A stretch of 64,000 nucleotides of DNA from positions 776,502-840,501 of the forward strand of contig KV454013.1 in NCBI GenBank assembly GCA_001661245.1, written 5' to 3'. The DNA is from Pachysolen tannophilus NRRL Y-2460 (lineage: Eukaryota). This document shows positions 49,577 to 59,902 of this stretch, piece by piece (positions within the stretch are counted from its first letter, which is position 1; each line of letters opens with the position of its first letter). The notes under the pieces are model-generated. The model worked only from the letters and a program-made list of their open reading frames with translations, was not told the DNA's origin and did no database searches. A program made the translations under genes and the position numbers.

Positions 49577-52099
49577 CTAACTATTGTTCCCACTAACCAT
49601 TCTCTTGATCTCGTAAAGGTAGTCTCTTTCGTATCTTTCGTTTGGCTGGAACCAATTTTTAATTTTCTTGTTCCATTTTGCTTCTTCGTGGCGGAATCTG
49701 TTGAGTAAAACTTTATCGATGTCGAATGGGTCATCTTCGCCATTTTTATTTTTCGAGTTATTCAAGTTATTCAAGTTATTTATATTATCTTTGAAAGTAG
49801 ATGAGGATGAACTTGTCAGTACAGTAGAGGTACTTACTCCTCTCTTGCTGGTGTTGGTCTGTTTTCTGTTTTCTACTGGTAAATCTTGTAAATCTTTGAA
49901 AGGGTCATCATCTTCTTGTCCCTTTTTTTTTTCTAGATCAATCCAGCACATTTTCTCAGGGTTGAAAACCATGTTGCCAATCACTTGATACTGCAGTTTG
50001 TTTGGCGATAGTGTTGCAGTACCGCTACCACTGTTTGTGGTGCTGGCACCATTGCCCATATTCCCTCCTTGTGTAGAGAAGTGACTGATTAATGCTGGTT
50101 TGTTTACATTGATACTATCAAACTTGCTTAATTCAATTTCATTACCTTCCCACTTATAAGTTAAAGGATTATATCTCATCTTGTTGAAATTTTTCTCGTT
50201 AACAACTACTTTCTCTGACATTGGATCATTCAATTGCTGAATAAATCCAATTTTACTTTTCCCATTATTTTGGTTTTTTCTTCTTTTACTTGACAATTTT
50301 GTAGATTTTTTATTATTTACTCTCTTATGCCTATCATTGCTAGAAACCTCCATGTAGTTGGCCAAATTTATCAATTTCCTAATAGATTTTCTGTCTTGTA
50401 ATGTCAATGTATCATCCGCATTAGTATTAGCATTGCTATTGTTATGAACTGGTAAATCTTCTATAGAATCCAATTCCCTGCCATCACTATAAAATTTTTT
50501 TTTAGGTCTTGTTAAAGTGCTATATCTGAAATAATCTAAATTCTGTCCATTTTCTAAATCGTAATTGTAATTGTAATTGTAATCGTAATCGTAATCACGA
50601 TCATAGTCACCACGGTTCTCAGTAGCTGCTGATGCAGCCGCAGCCAGAGCCGCCGCTGCTGCTGCTGCTGCTGCTGCTGCAGATACTTCTTGATGGTACT
50701 GTTGGAAATAATTTGATGAAGAACGCCTAAGTTGTTTCAAAGCGTAATTACTACTACTACTAGGTAATTCTGGTCTAAGTACTGGCATAGATTGTTTTGT
50801 TTTCAAATTTGGTTTTTGTTGAAGACGTTTAGATAAAGATCTCATGGATTTTGATGTAGAAAGCCCAGAACCAGAACCTAAACCACGACGTTTTGAACTT
50901 AAACCATAAGGTGATGATGCCAAGTATTGATGGGAATTTGTTATCACATTCTTATGTAGATTCTTATTAAGCAAAAAATTCCTCTTTGTAGAGTTTATTA
51001 TATCACCATCTTCCGGTTGTTCTAAGTCAAACCCATCAAAAAATTGTTCATTATCATCATTTGTTATCTCTAAGAATGATTCCTCATAAGGTTCTTCATT
51101 ATATCTCCAATCAGAATTTCCATTGTGTGCTTCCCTTAGGAGATGCTGCTGTTGTTGTTGTTGTTGCTGTTGTTGTTGCTTTTGGTAGTGTTGTGGTGCA
51201 ACTCTCACTTTTAATGTATTATTTTGATTATGCCTTTTCATATTTTCGTATTCAAATTTTGCTTGTAACTCAGCACGTTCTTTCCTTTGCTGGAAATTTC
51301 TTAATAAATTCAAATCTTTGTTAATTTCCAATCCTTCAGCAACATCTGTAAAATCTGTTTCTGACTCGCTATAGTCTGATATAGAAATACTTGAAGAAGT
51401 ACTTCTACTTGGAGATGTTGAACTTCCTTCGACATTTTCATGTGAAGGAGCAAGTTTCCGTTGAAATCTGTTCAAATTCTGATTTGACGATGAAGAAGGA
51501 ATAGAAGATCTTTTCATCTGTTGCTGTTGCGGATATTCCCTGGGTATTTCATCTCCCTGGTCATCGTCATAACCTTTAAATCGTATTGATTTCTTATTTG
51601 CAAGTCTATGTGCATATCCCAGATTTAAATCGTTTAGATCTTCAAACCCATCAAGAAATCCAGATTCGTTGTGCATGCTCAATGAGTCCTTGGTTAACGT
51701 CTTTTGATCATCATAACCTAAACCACCATTTTGTTCTCTCATACTATCTACTTCTTGAACTGTGGATAAATCGTAATTCCTATTGATATTATTATTGTTG
51801 TTGTTATTGTTATTGGATGAAATAGGTCTACTCTTCACCTGATAATACGGCTGATTGGAACCTGATGACTCCATATTCAAATTATTCAAATCTTCAAGAA
51901 AATCATTAAATTCCAGATCTGTACTTCCAGAAAATTGTTGTTGACTAGCTCTAGCTTTAATTGGACTTCTGCTATAAAACCTCTCAGATGCATTTGTTGA
52001 CACACTGGATCTCATTTTCTCATCAAAATTATCACCCCAGCCATCATCAACCTCAGAGTTCTCCGACTCCACATACTTAGATAACAGTCTCTTTGACAT
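49577..52099 (-). CDS. BFA1: Mitotic exit network GAP component Bfa1/Byr4
   Basis: YSDGRELDSIEDL, repeat 1 MRYNPLTYKWEGNE..L.KFD, KPALISH, repeat 2 VIGNMVFNPEKMCWI, DDPFKDLQDL, YLYEIKRMV. Confidence 0.88.
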   Translation of the reverse strand: MSKRLLSKYVESENSEVDDGWGDNFDEKMRSSVSTNASERFYSRSPIKARASQQQFSGSTDLEFNDFLEDLNNLNMESSGSNQPYYQVKSRPISSNNNNNNNNNINRNYDLSTVQEVDSMREQNGGLGYDDQKTLTKDSLSMHNESGFLDGFEDLNDLNLGYAHRLANKKSIRFKGYDDDQGDEIPREYPQQQQMKRSSIPSSSSNQNLNRFQRKLAPSHENVEGSSTSPSRSTSSSISISDYSESETDFTDVAEGLEINKDLNLLRNFQQRKERAELQAKFEYENMKRHNQNNTLKVRVAPQHYQKQQQQQQQQQQQHLLREAHNGNSDWRYNEEPYEESFLEITNDDNEQFFDGFDLEQPEDGDIINSTKRNFLLNKNLHKNVITNSHQYLASSPYGLSSKRRGLGSGSGLSTSKSMRSLSKRLQQKPNLKTKQSMPVLRPELPSSSSNYALKQLRRSSSNYFQQYHQEVSAAAAAAAAAAALAAAASAATENRGDYDRDYDYDYNYNYNYDLENGQNLDYFRYSTLTRPKKKFYSDGRELDSIEDLPVHNNSNANTNADDTLTLQDRKSIRKLINLANYMEVSSNDRHKRVNNKKSTKLSSKRRKNQNNGKSKIGFIQQLNDPMSEKVVVNEKNFNKMRYNPLTYKWEGNEIELSKFDSINVNKPALISHFSTQGGNMGNGASTTNSGSGTATLSPNKLQYQVIGNMVFNPEKMCWIDLEKKKGQEDDDPFKDLQDLPVENRKQTNTSKRGVSTSTVLTSSSSSTFKDNINNLNNLNNSKNKNGEDDPFDIDKVLLNRFRHEEAKWNKKIKNWFQPNERYERDYLYEIKRMVSGNNS

Positions 52100-52321
52100 T
52101 CTCTCAATCCAATCCAATCCCTCCCAACAATATCGGCCAGCTATATAATGGAAACTTCAACTAATATAAATCATATCAATTAATGGTTTATGTCCCATTT
52201 TCGTATATTTTTTTTTTTTTTTTTATTGTTTTTTTCGTTTTGTTTACAATTTCCTTTTTAGGATTTATGTATTTTACTACACGACTAGGTTCTATATGGT
52301 TTTCTTTTCCTACAAGACTAT

Positions 52322-53716
52322 TTAAAATTCTGCTTTCAATCTGTTCAATTGTTTCAAGACAGCTTGTCTAGCGGTTCCACCTGTGGCAGTTCTTCTTTCG
52401 ACACTTGCTTCAAAGTTAAACACCAGTTTGACATCGTCGGAGAATCTAGGGTCGATTGTGTGGAAATCCAGTAAAGATAACTGATCGATACCTGATAGTC
52501 CCAATTCTTCAGCTTTTCTAACACATTCTCCAGATATGTGATGTGTTTCTCTGAATGGGACACCTTTACGGACTAAATAGTCTGCCAAGTCTGTTGCCAA
52601 CATGTCCATTGTTAATGAGGACTCCATGCGGAGTTTGTTGATTTTCAAAGTAGAAATAACACCTGTAGCTATTAAAATTGAATGTTCTACAGTGGTTAAA
52701 CAATCGAAAAGAGGTTCTTTATCTTCTTGCATGTCTTTATTATAAGTTGATGGGATTGACTTAATTGACATCATGAATCCAGCTAGGCAACCAAATACTC
52801 TACCTGATTTACCTCTAAGTAATTCTAAAGAATCTGGGTTTTTCTTTTGTGGCATTAATGAAGAACCAGTGGAGTAAGCATCGGCTAACTGAACAAAGTT
52901 GAATTCACCAGTAGAATAAATAATCAAATCTTCAGAGAATCTTGAAATATGATTCATAAATAACGAGCTCCAAAACATTGTTTCAACAACAAAATCACGA
53001 TCAGATACCGCTGTTAAAGAATTTCCAATAACTTCGTTAAAACCTAAACCTTGAGCCAAAAATTCTCTATCAATACCATATGGATGACCGGCCAATGCAC
53101 CTGCACCTAAAGGTGATTTATTAACTCTTTCTATAATCTGCTGCAACCTTTTATAATCTTCTGTAAAATAAGTAGCATACATGCTTAACCAATGAGACCA
53201 TCTAATTGGTTGTGCTCTTTGTAAATGGGTATAACCTGGCATTAAAACATCAATTTCATTTTCACCTCTTTTAATTATAGTTTCAATGAAATTTTTTAAA
53301 ATCTCAGACATCTTTATCAAATTTTCACGAACATATATTCTCATATCAGTGGCAACTTGATCATTTCTACTTCTACCAGTATGAACTTTACCTGCAATAT
53401 GTCTACCAATTATTTCACCTAATCTACGCTCATTTGCGGTATGAATATCTTCATCACCAGGTTTCTCAACAAATAAATTAGCTGCCCATTCTTCCTTAAT
53501 AATGTCTAACCCACGATGAATTTCTGACAACTCCTCTTTGGTAAGCAAACCAATTTTCTCTAAACCTTGAGTATAAACTCTAGTACCTTCCAAATCTGCT
53601 TCATACATTTTCTTATCATAAGGCAAAGAAGCATTGTACAAATCCATTAACGGATCACTAGCACCAGTAAATCTACCACCCCATAACCTTAATTCATTCG
53701 GTTTTTCCTCTGACAT
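52322..53716 (-). CDS. ARG4: Argininosuccinate lyase
   Basis: [26 protein letters not shown], signature [15 protein letters not shown] at 53716. Confidence 0.98.
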   Translation of the reverse strand: MSEEKPNELRLWGGRFTGASDPLMDLYNASLPYDKKMYEADLEGTRVYTQGLEKIGLLTKEELSEIHRGLDIIKEEWAANLFVEKPGDEDIHTANERRLGEIIGRHIAGKVHTGRSRNDQVATDMRIYVRENLIKMSEILKNFIETIIKRGENEIDVLMPGYTHLQRAQPIRWSHWLSMYATYFTEDYKRLQQIIERVNKSPLGAGALAGHPYGIDREFLAQGLGFNEVIGNSLTAVSDRDFVVETMFWSSLFMNHISRFSEDLIIYSTGEFNFVQLADAYSTGSSLMPQKKNPDSLELLRGKSGRVFGCLAGFMMSIKSIPSTYNKDMQEDKEPLFDCLTTVEHSILIATGVISTLKINKLRMESSLTMDMLATDLADYLVRKGVPFRETHHISGECVRKAEELGLSGIDQLSLLDFHTIDPRFSDDVKLVFNFEASVERRTATGGTARQAVLKQLNRLKAEF

Positions 53717-54208
53717 TTTCAAATATTAAGTAGTTTTCAACTTTCACTTGTCTATGTGTCTTTCTCTCTCTTTTTTTTAAAAAAAAAATAAATAAAGAAA
53801 ATAAAAAAAAAACCAAGAAAAAGAAAAATAATATAAAGTGATTCAAAGTGTAATGAATGAATCATCTGAAAAATTCATACAAATTTTTCACTTTTTTTTC
53901 CACATAAATTCTGCATTGCATATTATCAACACTTCTTGGGCATAAAGATTAAAAGATGATAATTTCATTACAATAAGAACCAAGGATAGAATGGATGAAA
54001 TAGATATTCTTTAAGCATAAAAGGATATTTACAATTATAATTTAGACAATGAGTTTGATATAAGAATAAAAACTTTACTATTATTATTACTACTAATCAC
54101 TAAATAATTATTACTTTATCACTTATTGTATATATGGGATAAGAAATTTAAGAGCGGTGTTGAAAATTACCTAATTAGGCTAGGCGGAACCAAACCAACT
54201 TTAAGTTT

Positions 54209-54216
54209 CCGGGTAA
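54209..54216. promoter_or_regulatory. Reb1-type site CCGGGTAA just downstream of the DED81 stop / upstream of ARG4
   Basis: Exact consensus match 30 bp from the DED81 stop codon. Confidence 0.55.
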
Positions 54217-54245
54217 ACTTGGAGATGATAAGTTTAATGGATAAC

Positions 54246-55904
54246 TTATGGTTTACATCTTCCAGTGAAACGAGGATACAAAGAACAATCTCTAACTGTG
54301 AATCTGTTACATAACCATGCCAAGATACGTTCTGTACCTAAACCATAACCACCATGTGGACATGTACCATATTTACGTTGGTCAACAAACCAGTAGTACG
54401 CAGATGCGTCTATATTTTCTCTTTTAAAACCAGCAAGTAATTCTTCAACTGATTCAATTCTCATGGAACCACCAGTGATTTCACCAACGGTTGGCATCAA
54501 TACATCAACAGATTCTGTAACTCTTGGATCGTCGGCACATTTTTTCATGTAAAATGATTTGATTTCGACTGGGAATCTTATTAATAAAATCGGAACACCA
54601 ATTGTATCTGTCATCTTTCTTTCTGCTGCTTCAGCAATATCATCACCAAACTTGAAAGGTTCTCCATCTTCGTTTGGAATTCCATGTTCGTTTAACCATT
54701 CCAAGGCATGAATATATTCCATTCTTTTGAATGGTAATTTAGGAGCAACAAATCCTGGGTTTAATTGTTTAATTAAAGGTCCAGCAACTGGATCTTTAAG
54801 AACATATTGAATACTTTTTGTAATAAGAATTTCAATATGTGATAACAAATCTTCAAATGAAATAAAACCCAATTCAGCTTCTATATGAGTATATTCTGAA
54901 AGATGTCTTCTTGTATGCGATTTTTCAGCTCTAAAAGATTCTTGAATACAATAAACATCTCCCAAGGCTGGAAGACATGTTTCCAAATACAATTGAGAAG
55001 ATTGGGTCAAATAAGCTTCTTCACCATAATATCCTAATTTAAATAAGGTTGAACCTCCTTCAACTTGAGTTTGAACCATACAAGGAGGTGTGACTTCACA
55101 AATACCTTCTTCAACATAAACTTTTCTAATAGATTTGAGTAAAGCAGCTCTCACTTTCATAACACCAGATAAAGTTTCACCACGTAATACCAAATGACGT
55201 TGATCCAATAATAATTGTGGATCTGCATCTTCTTGAACTTTGTTACTGAAAGAATCTTCACCTGATGGAGCTAATCCAACAATATCATAGTAATCAACAA
55301 CAAGATCAATCCCTCCAGGTGCTGACTTACCCTCTGGCAATTTTTCAATAGTACCTTTAATTGAAAGAGTTGTTTCCAAAGTTAATTGAGTAGTTTGATA
55401 AGCGTTGGCTAAATCTCCACTAAGAACACATTGAACAAAACCAGTACCATCTCTTAAAACTATAAAAGCTAAACCTTTTTGTACACGTAAACGATGGACC
55501 CAACCTTGAATTAGGACTCTTTTACCAATAAGTTCAGTGGCTTTCCCAATCTTGATTTTTTGTGCAACAGGCAAATTTGGATCATCAACAATTTTAATGT
55601 TCATTGCAGCCATTTGCTTTCTTGCATCTTCCAATTCTTTTTCTTTTTGCTTTTCAGCAGCAACCTTGGCCTTTTCTAACTTTTTCTTTATTCCCTCTGC
55701 TCCCTTTTTAGCCTTCTTCAAAGCTGAAGCTGAAATTTCAACATAATCTTTCACTTCTTCATCTTCTTTGTATACCATTATCTTGGCCTCTGGATCAAGA
55801 TACAAAGCAAAAGCAGCAGTTTGAAAAGGGCTGGATGATGAACCAGCTCCTTCAACCTCTACATCCTTACCAGTATCCTCTCTAACAAAAACTGTCTTAG
55901 ACAT
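54246..55904 (-). CDS. DED81: Cytosolic asparaginyl-tRNA synthetase
   Basis: GWVHRLR, AYLTQSSQLYLE, FRAEKSHTRRHLSEYTH, PHGGYGLGTER, YPRFTGRCKP. Confidence 0.97.
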   Translation of the reverse strand: MSKTVFVREDTGKDVEVEGAGSSSSPFQTAAFALYLDPEAKIMVYKEDEEVKDYVEISASALKKAKKGAEGIKKKLEKAKVAAEKQKEKELEDARKQMAAMNIKIVDDPNLPVAQKIKIGKATELIGKRVLIQGWVHRLRVQKGLAFIVLRDGTGFVQCVLSGDLANAYQTTQLTLETTLSIKGTIEKLPEGKSAPGGIDLVVDYYDIVGLAPSGEDSFSNKVQEDADPQLLLDQRHLVLRGETLSGVMKVRAALLKSIRKVYVEEGICEVTPPCMVQTQVEGGSTLFKLGYYGEEAYLTQSSQLYLETCLPALGDVYCIQESFRAEKSHTRRHLSEYTHIEAELGFISFEDLLSHIEILITKSIQYVLKDPVAGPLIKQLNPGFVAPKLPFKRMEYIHALEWLNEHGIPNEDGEPFKFGDDIAEAAERKMTDTIGVPILLIRFPVEIKSFYMKKCADDPRVTESVDVLMPTVGEITGGSMRIESVEELLAGFKRENIDASAYYWFVDQRKYGTCPHGGYGLGTERILAWLCNRFTVRDCSLYPRFTGRCKP

Positions 55905-55985
55905 GATTAGTTCTCAATATTTATCCTGTTTAGATTTATCTCAAGTAAATGATTAATTCAACTATATCTTTAAATTGTATTTAAT

Positions 55986-55993
55986 ATGACTCT
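55986..55993. promoter_or_regulatory. Gcn4-like site (ATGACTCT) in the 219-bp divergent DED81/ProRS promoter
   Basis: TGACTC core between two aaRS genes. Confidence 0.45.
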
Positions 55994-56123
55994 ACAATGA
56001 GATTTTTGAAAACTCGAAGAAAAAAAAATTTTTTTGGTGTAAAAATTCAACCAATTAAAACAAATAGGAGAGCTATTTATCGATATAATTTGACGATATA
56101 TATAGGTCATTAAAGGGAAAGAG

Positions 56124-57866
56124 ATGGCTAATAGTGGGAATCTTGGATTAGAGGAACAAATGTCTTCTTTGAATGTTGAATCTGCGACAGCGGATGGTAA
56201 AGTACCAAAGTTTGAAAAGGTTGAAAAGGTTGAAAAATCTGGGAAAGCTCAAAAGACCAAAACTGAGAAAGGTGATAAGAAGAAAAAACCATCTGTTGAA
56301 CCAAAGAAGAAGGCTGATAATGCTGGAGCCAAGTTGGATGATTCCAAATTGATTGGTGTTACTGTTGATAAATTTTTAGATTTTCCAGGTTGGTATTCTC
56401 AGATCTTGACCAAAGGTGAAATGTTGGATTATTACGATGTTTCTGGTTGTTATATTATGAGACCTAGTGCTTATGCTGTTTGGGAACAAATTCAATCATG
56501 GTTTGATCTGAGAATTAAGAAGTTGGGTGTTTCAAATGCTTACTTTCCTATGTTTGTTTCATCAAAAGTATTGGAAAGGGAAAAGGATCATATTGAAGGT
56601 TTTGCTCCAGAAGTTGCTTGGGTTACAAGAGCTGGTAAGACTGAGTTGGACGAACCAATTGCCATTAGACCAACTTCAGAAACAGTCATGTATCCGTACT
56701 ATGCTAAATGGATTAGATCTCACCGTGATTTACCTTTGAAATTGAATCAATGGAATTCGGTTGTGAGATGGGAATTTAAACATCCTCAACCATTTTTAAG
56801 AACAAGGGAGTTTTTATGGCAAGAAGGTCATACTGCACATTTAACTTTTGAAGAAGCTAATCAAGAAGTTTTACAAATCTTAGATCTTTATGCTGGTGTT
56901 TATGAAGAATTATTGGCTGTTCCAGTTATTAAAGGTAAAAAAACTGAAAATGAAAAATTTGCAGGTGGTTTATTTACAACAACATGTGAAGGTTATATTC
57001 CAGCAACTGGTCGTGGTATTCAAGGAGCTACATCTCATTGTTTAGGTCAAAATTTCTCAAAAATGTTTAATATTTCTGTAGAAAATCCAGAAGGTGCTGA
57101 TAAACCAAAAATTTTTGCATGGCAAAATTCTTGGGGATTGTCGACTCGTGTCATTGGTGTCATGGTCATGATCCATTCAGATAATAAAGGTTTAGTTATT
57201 CCACCAAGAGTTTCACAGAAGCAAGTTGTTATTGTTCCAGTTGGATTAACTGCAAAGACCAAGAAGGAAGTTGAAGATGCCATTTATGAGGGAACCAGTA
57301 AAATTGAAAAAAGATTAAAAGATATTGACGTTAGAACAATAACTGATTTAAGAACAAACTATTCTCCAGGATGGAAATTCTCAGATTGGGAATTAAAAGG
57401 TTTACCAATTAGAATAGAATTTGGCCCTAAGGACATGGCAAATAATCAAGTTGTTGCAGTTCGTAGAGATAATGGTTCTAAAACAGTTGTTCCATTGGAT
57501 GAATTAGAAACTAAAATCCCAGAATTATTAGAAACCATGCAAGCTGCATTATTCCAAGCAGCAAAGGAAAAATTCGATACCCATAGGGTCATTGTAAATG
57601 AATGGGAAAATTTCGTTCCAACTTTGAACAATAAAAACGTTATATTAGCACCTTGGTGTGGTGATGGAGATTGTGAAGATGATATTAAAGATTCTTCCGC
57701 TAAAAAGGACAACGGTGAAGACCAAGATGTCGATGAAAAGGCTCCAAGTATGGGTGCCAAATCTCTCTGTATTCCATTTGATCAACCAGAGTTGAAAGAA
57801 GGTCAAAAATGTGTCAAGTGTGATAAACCTGCTATTCAATATTGTATGTTTGGTAGATCATATTAA
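56124..57866 (+). CDS. Cytosolic prolyl-tRNA synthetase (YHR020W ortholog)
   Basis: [49 protein letters not shown], ends FGRSY. Confidence 0.97.
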   Translation: MANSGNLGLEEQMSSLNVESATADGKVPKFEKVEKVEKSGKAQKTKTEKGDKKKKPSVEPKKKADNAGAKLDDSKLIGVTVDKFLDFPGWYSQILTKGEMLDYYDVSGCYIMRPSAYAVWEQIQSWFDLRIKKLGVSNAYFPMFVSSKVLEREKDHIEGFAPEVAWVTRAGKTELDEPIAIRPTSETVMYPYYAKWIRSHRDLPLKLNQWNSVVRWEFKHPQPFLRTREFLWQEGHTAHLTFEEANQEVLQILDLYAGVYEELLAVPVIKGKKTENEKFAGGLFTTTCEGYIPATGRGIQGATSHCLGQNFSKMFNISVENPEGADKPKIFAWQNSWGLSTRVIGVMVMIHSDNKGLVIPPRVSQKQVVIVPVGLTAKTKKEVEDAIYEGTSKIEKRLKDIDVRTITDLRTNYSPGWKFSDWELKGLPIRIEFGPKDMANNQVVAVRRDNGSKTVVPLDELETKIPELLETMQAALFQAAKEKFDTHRVIVNEWENFVPTLNNKNVILAPWCGDGDCEDDIKDSSAKKDNGEDQDVDEKAPSMGAKSLCIPFDQPELKEGQKCVKCDKPAIQYCMFGRSY

Positions 57867-58210
57867 AAGGCTCTACATCACTTACATACACATACACACA
57901 TACACATATAAATATATATATGTATAGATACACTTAAATGAGTTCTTTTTCATTCTCTTTTGTCTCTTAACCTTTTTTTCCTACTCAATCCTTGCTTTGC
58001 TTATAGGCTATAAAGATGTAATATAATGGAGTTGTTGTCGTTGCAATTGATAAAACACCTGAAAGTATGTCTTGACAGACATCGTGTCAGTAATCATCTG
58101 GAGACATCTCTCATGAGATGAGAGAAATGGTGTTTTTGAATCACCATTAACACCATGATTGATGAAAGATCTTATATGTGTTCCTCCTTAGACCTTAGAC
58201 CAGCCGTAAG

Positions 58211-59749
58211 ATGATTTTTGGGAGTAAAGGTTTAGTATTTTTATTTAATGCTTCAAAGAAGCAGCGGGTACCGTTTGTGTCTTTGAGGGTATTGTCAAGT
58301 GTTTCTGGTTCATCATCTAGCGCTACGGTATTGTTACCTCAATGTTTAGGAGAATTATTTGCGAGACCACCGAGATTAAATTCGGATGTGACTGTTCAAG
58401 GATGGATTAAGGCTGTAAGGGTTCAGAAGAATATAGCGTTTATGGATATATCTGATGGGACAACTTATCAAAATTTGATGTGTGTGATACCGCCAGAATT
58501 AGCTTCAAATCTTAAAACTGGTGAATCTATTCAAATTAGAGGGTTATGGTGTGAATCAAAAGGTGGGAAACAAAAATATGAATTGAAAATTCCTAAAGAT
58601 TATAAAATAAGTGATGAATTTGATAATTGTATTAAAGTTATTGGTACTGTACCAGAAAATTATCCACTTCAAAAAAAATTTCATACTCAACAATTTTTAA
58701 GAACAATACCTCATTTACGTTGGAAGACAAATGTGTTATCTTCCATTTTAAGATTTAGATCACATGTGGAGACATCCTTGATTGCATTTTTCAATGAAAA
58801 AAACTTTATAAAGACAAATCCTCCACTAATAACTTCTTCAGATTGTGAAGGAGCAGGTGAATTATTTAAAATTGAAAGTACTTCAAATGAGAAAAATCCT
58901 ACAGAAAAATTTTTTGGTAAAGATTCTTATTTGACTGTTTCAACCCAATTACATCTTGAAGTGTTGTGTATGGCTCTTAGTAGGGTTTGGACTTTATCAC
59001 CTTGTTTTAGAGCTGAAGAAAGTAGTACTAATAGACATTTGAGTGAATTTTGGATGTTGGAAGCAGAAATTGCATTTATAAATGATGTAAGACAATTGAC
59101 CAAGTTTTCTGAATTGATGATTAAACATGTTGTTAGAACCTTGTTGGATGATTCAAGTGAAATTGGAAAGAACCTTATAGAATCAAGACGAGGACGTGCT
59201 GTTGAAGAAGCAATAAAAATTAGAGAAAAATGGAATTTTTTACTAAGTAAAGATGAATGGGATTGTATCACATACACAGAAGCAATTGATATCTTACAAA
59301 AAGCTGAACTGGATGGCATAGTGAAATTTAAGTTCAAGCCAACTTGGGGTGCAAGTTTACAGTCAGAACATGAAAAATGGTTAGCGGGTGAATATTTTAA
59401 AAGCCCAGTAAGTGTAACAGATTATCCAATAGAATTAAAACCTTTTTACATGAAAATAAACAACGACAAGAAGACAGTCGCATGTTTTGACTTACTTGTT
59501 CCTGAAATTGGAGAATTAGTAGGTGGTTCCATAAGAGAACACGATTTATTCAAGCTATCAAATGAGATGACTAGAAGAAATATGAAAGTAGATGATCTAA
59601 ATTGGTATATCGACTTAAGATCTAACGGCTCTGTTCCACACGGAGGTTTTGGAATGGGGTTTGAAAGGTTATTATGCTATTTAGGAAACATCGAAAACAT
59701 CAGAGACGTTATTCCTTTCCCTAGATCTGCAGAGACTTTGGATTGTTAA
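58211..59749 (+). CDS. SLM5: Mitochondrial asparaginyl-tRNA synthetase
   Basis: Basic S/R-rich presequence, ITSSDCEGAGELF, YLTVSTQLHLE, FRAEESSTNRHLSEFWMLEAE, PHGGFGMGFERL. Confidence 0.93.
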   Translation: MIFGSKGLVFLFNASKKQRVPFVSLRVLSSVSGSSSSATVLLPQCLGELFARPPRLNSDVTVQGWIKAVRVQKNIAFMDISDGTTYQNLMCVIPPELASNLKTGESIQIRGLWCESKGGKQKYELKIPKDYKISDEFDNCIKVIGTVPENYPLQKKFHTQQFLRTIPHLRWKTNVLSSILRFRSHVETSLIAFFNEKNFIKTNPPLITSSDCEGAGELFKIESTSNEKNPTEKFFGKDSYLTVSTQLHLEVLCMALSRVWTLSPCFRAEESSTNRHLSEFWMLEAEIAFINDVRQLTKFSELMIKHVVRTLLDDSSEIGKNLIESRRGRAVEEAIKIREKWNFLLSKDEWDCITYTEAIDILQKAELDGIVKFKFKPTWGASLQSEHEKWLAGEYFKSPVSVTDYPIELKPFYMKINNDKKTVACFDLLVPEIGELVGGSIREHDLFKLSNEMTRRNMKVDDLNWYIDLRSNGSVPHGGFGMGFERLLCYLGNIENIRDVIPFPRSAETLDC

Positions 59750-59902
59750 GTAGTCAATAGTAATTTACTTGTATATAGTTTCCATATTTAAGTCTACATT
59801 TCTCACTACTTTTTGCGTATACTATGAATTATTCATATATTTAAATATATATATATATATATGATTGAATGAATATATAATTAATCTATCATTAAAGAGA
59901 TC

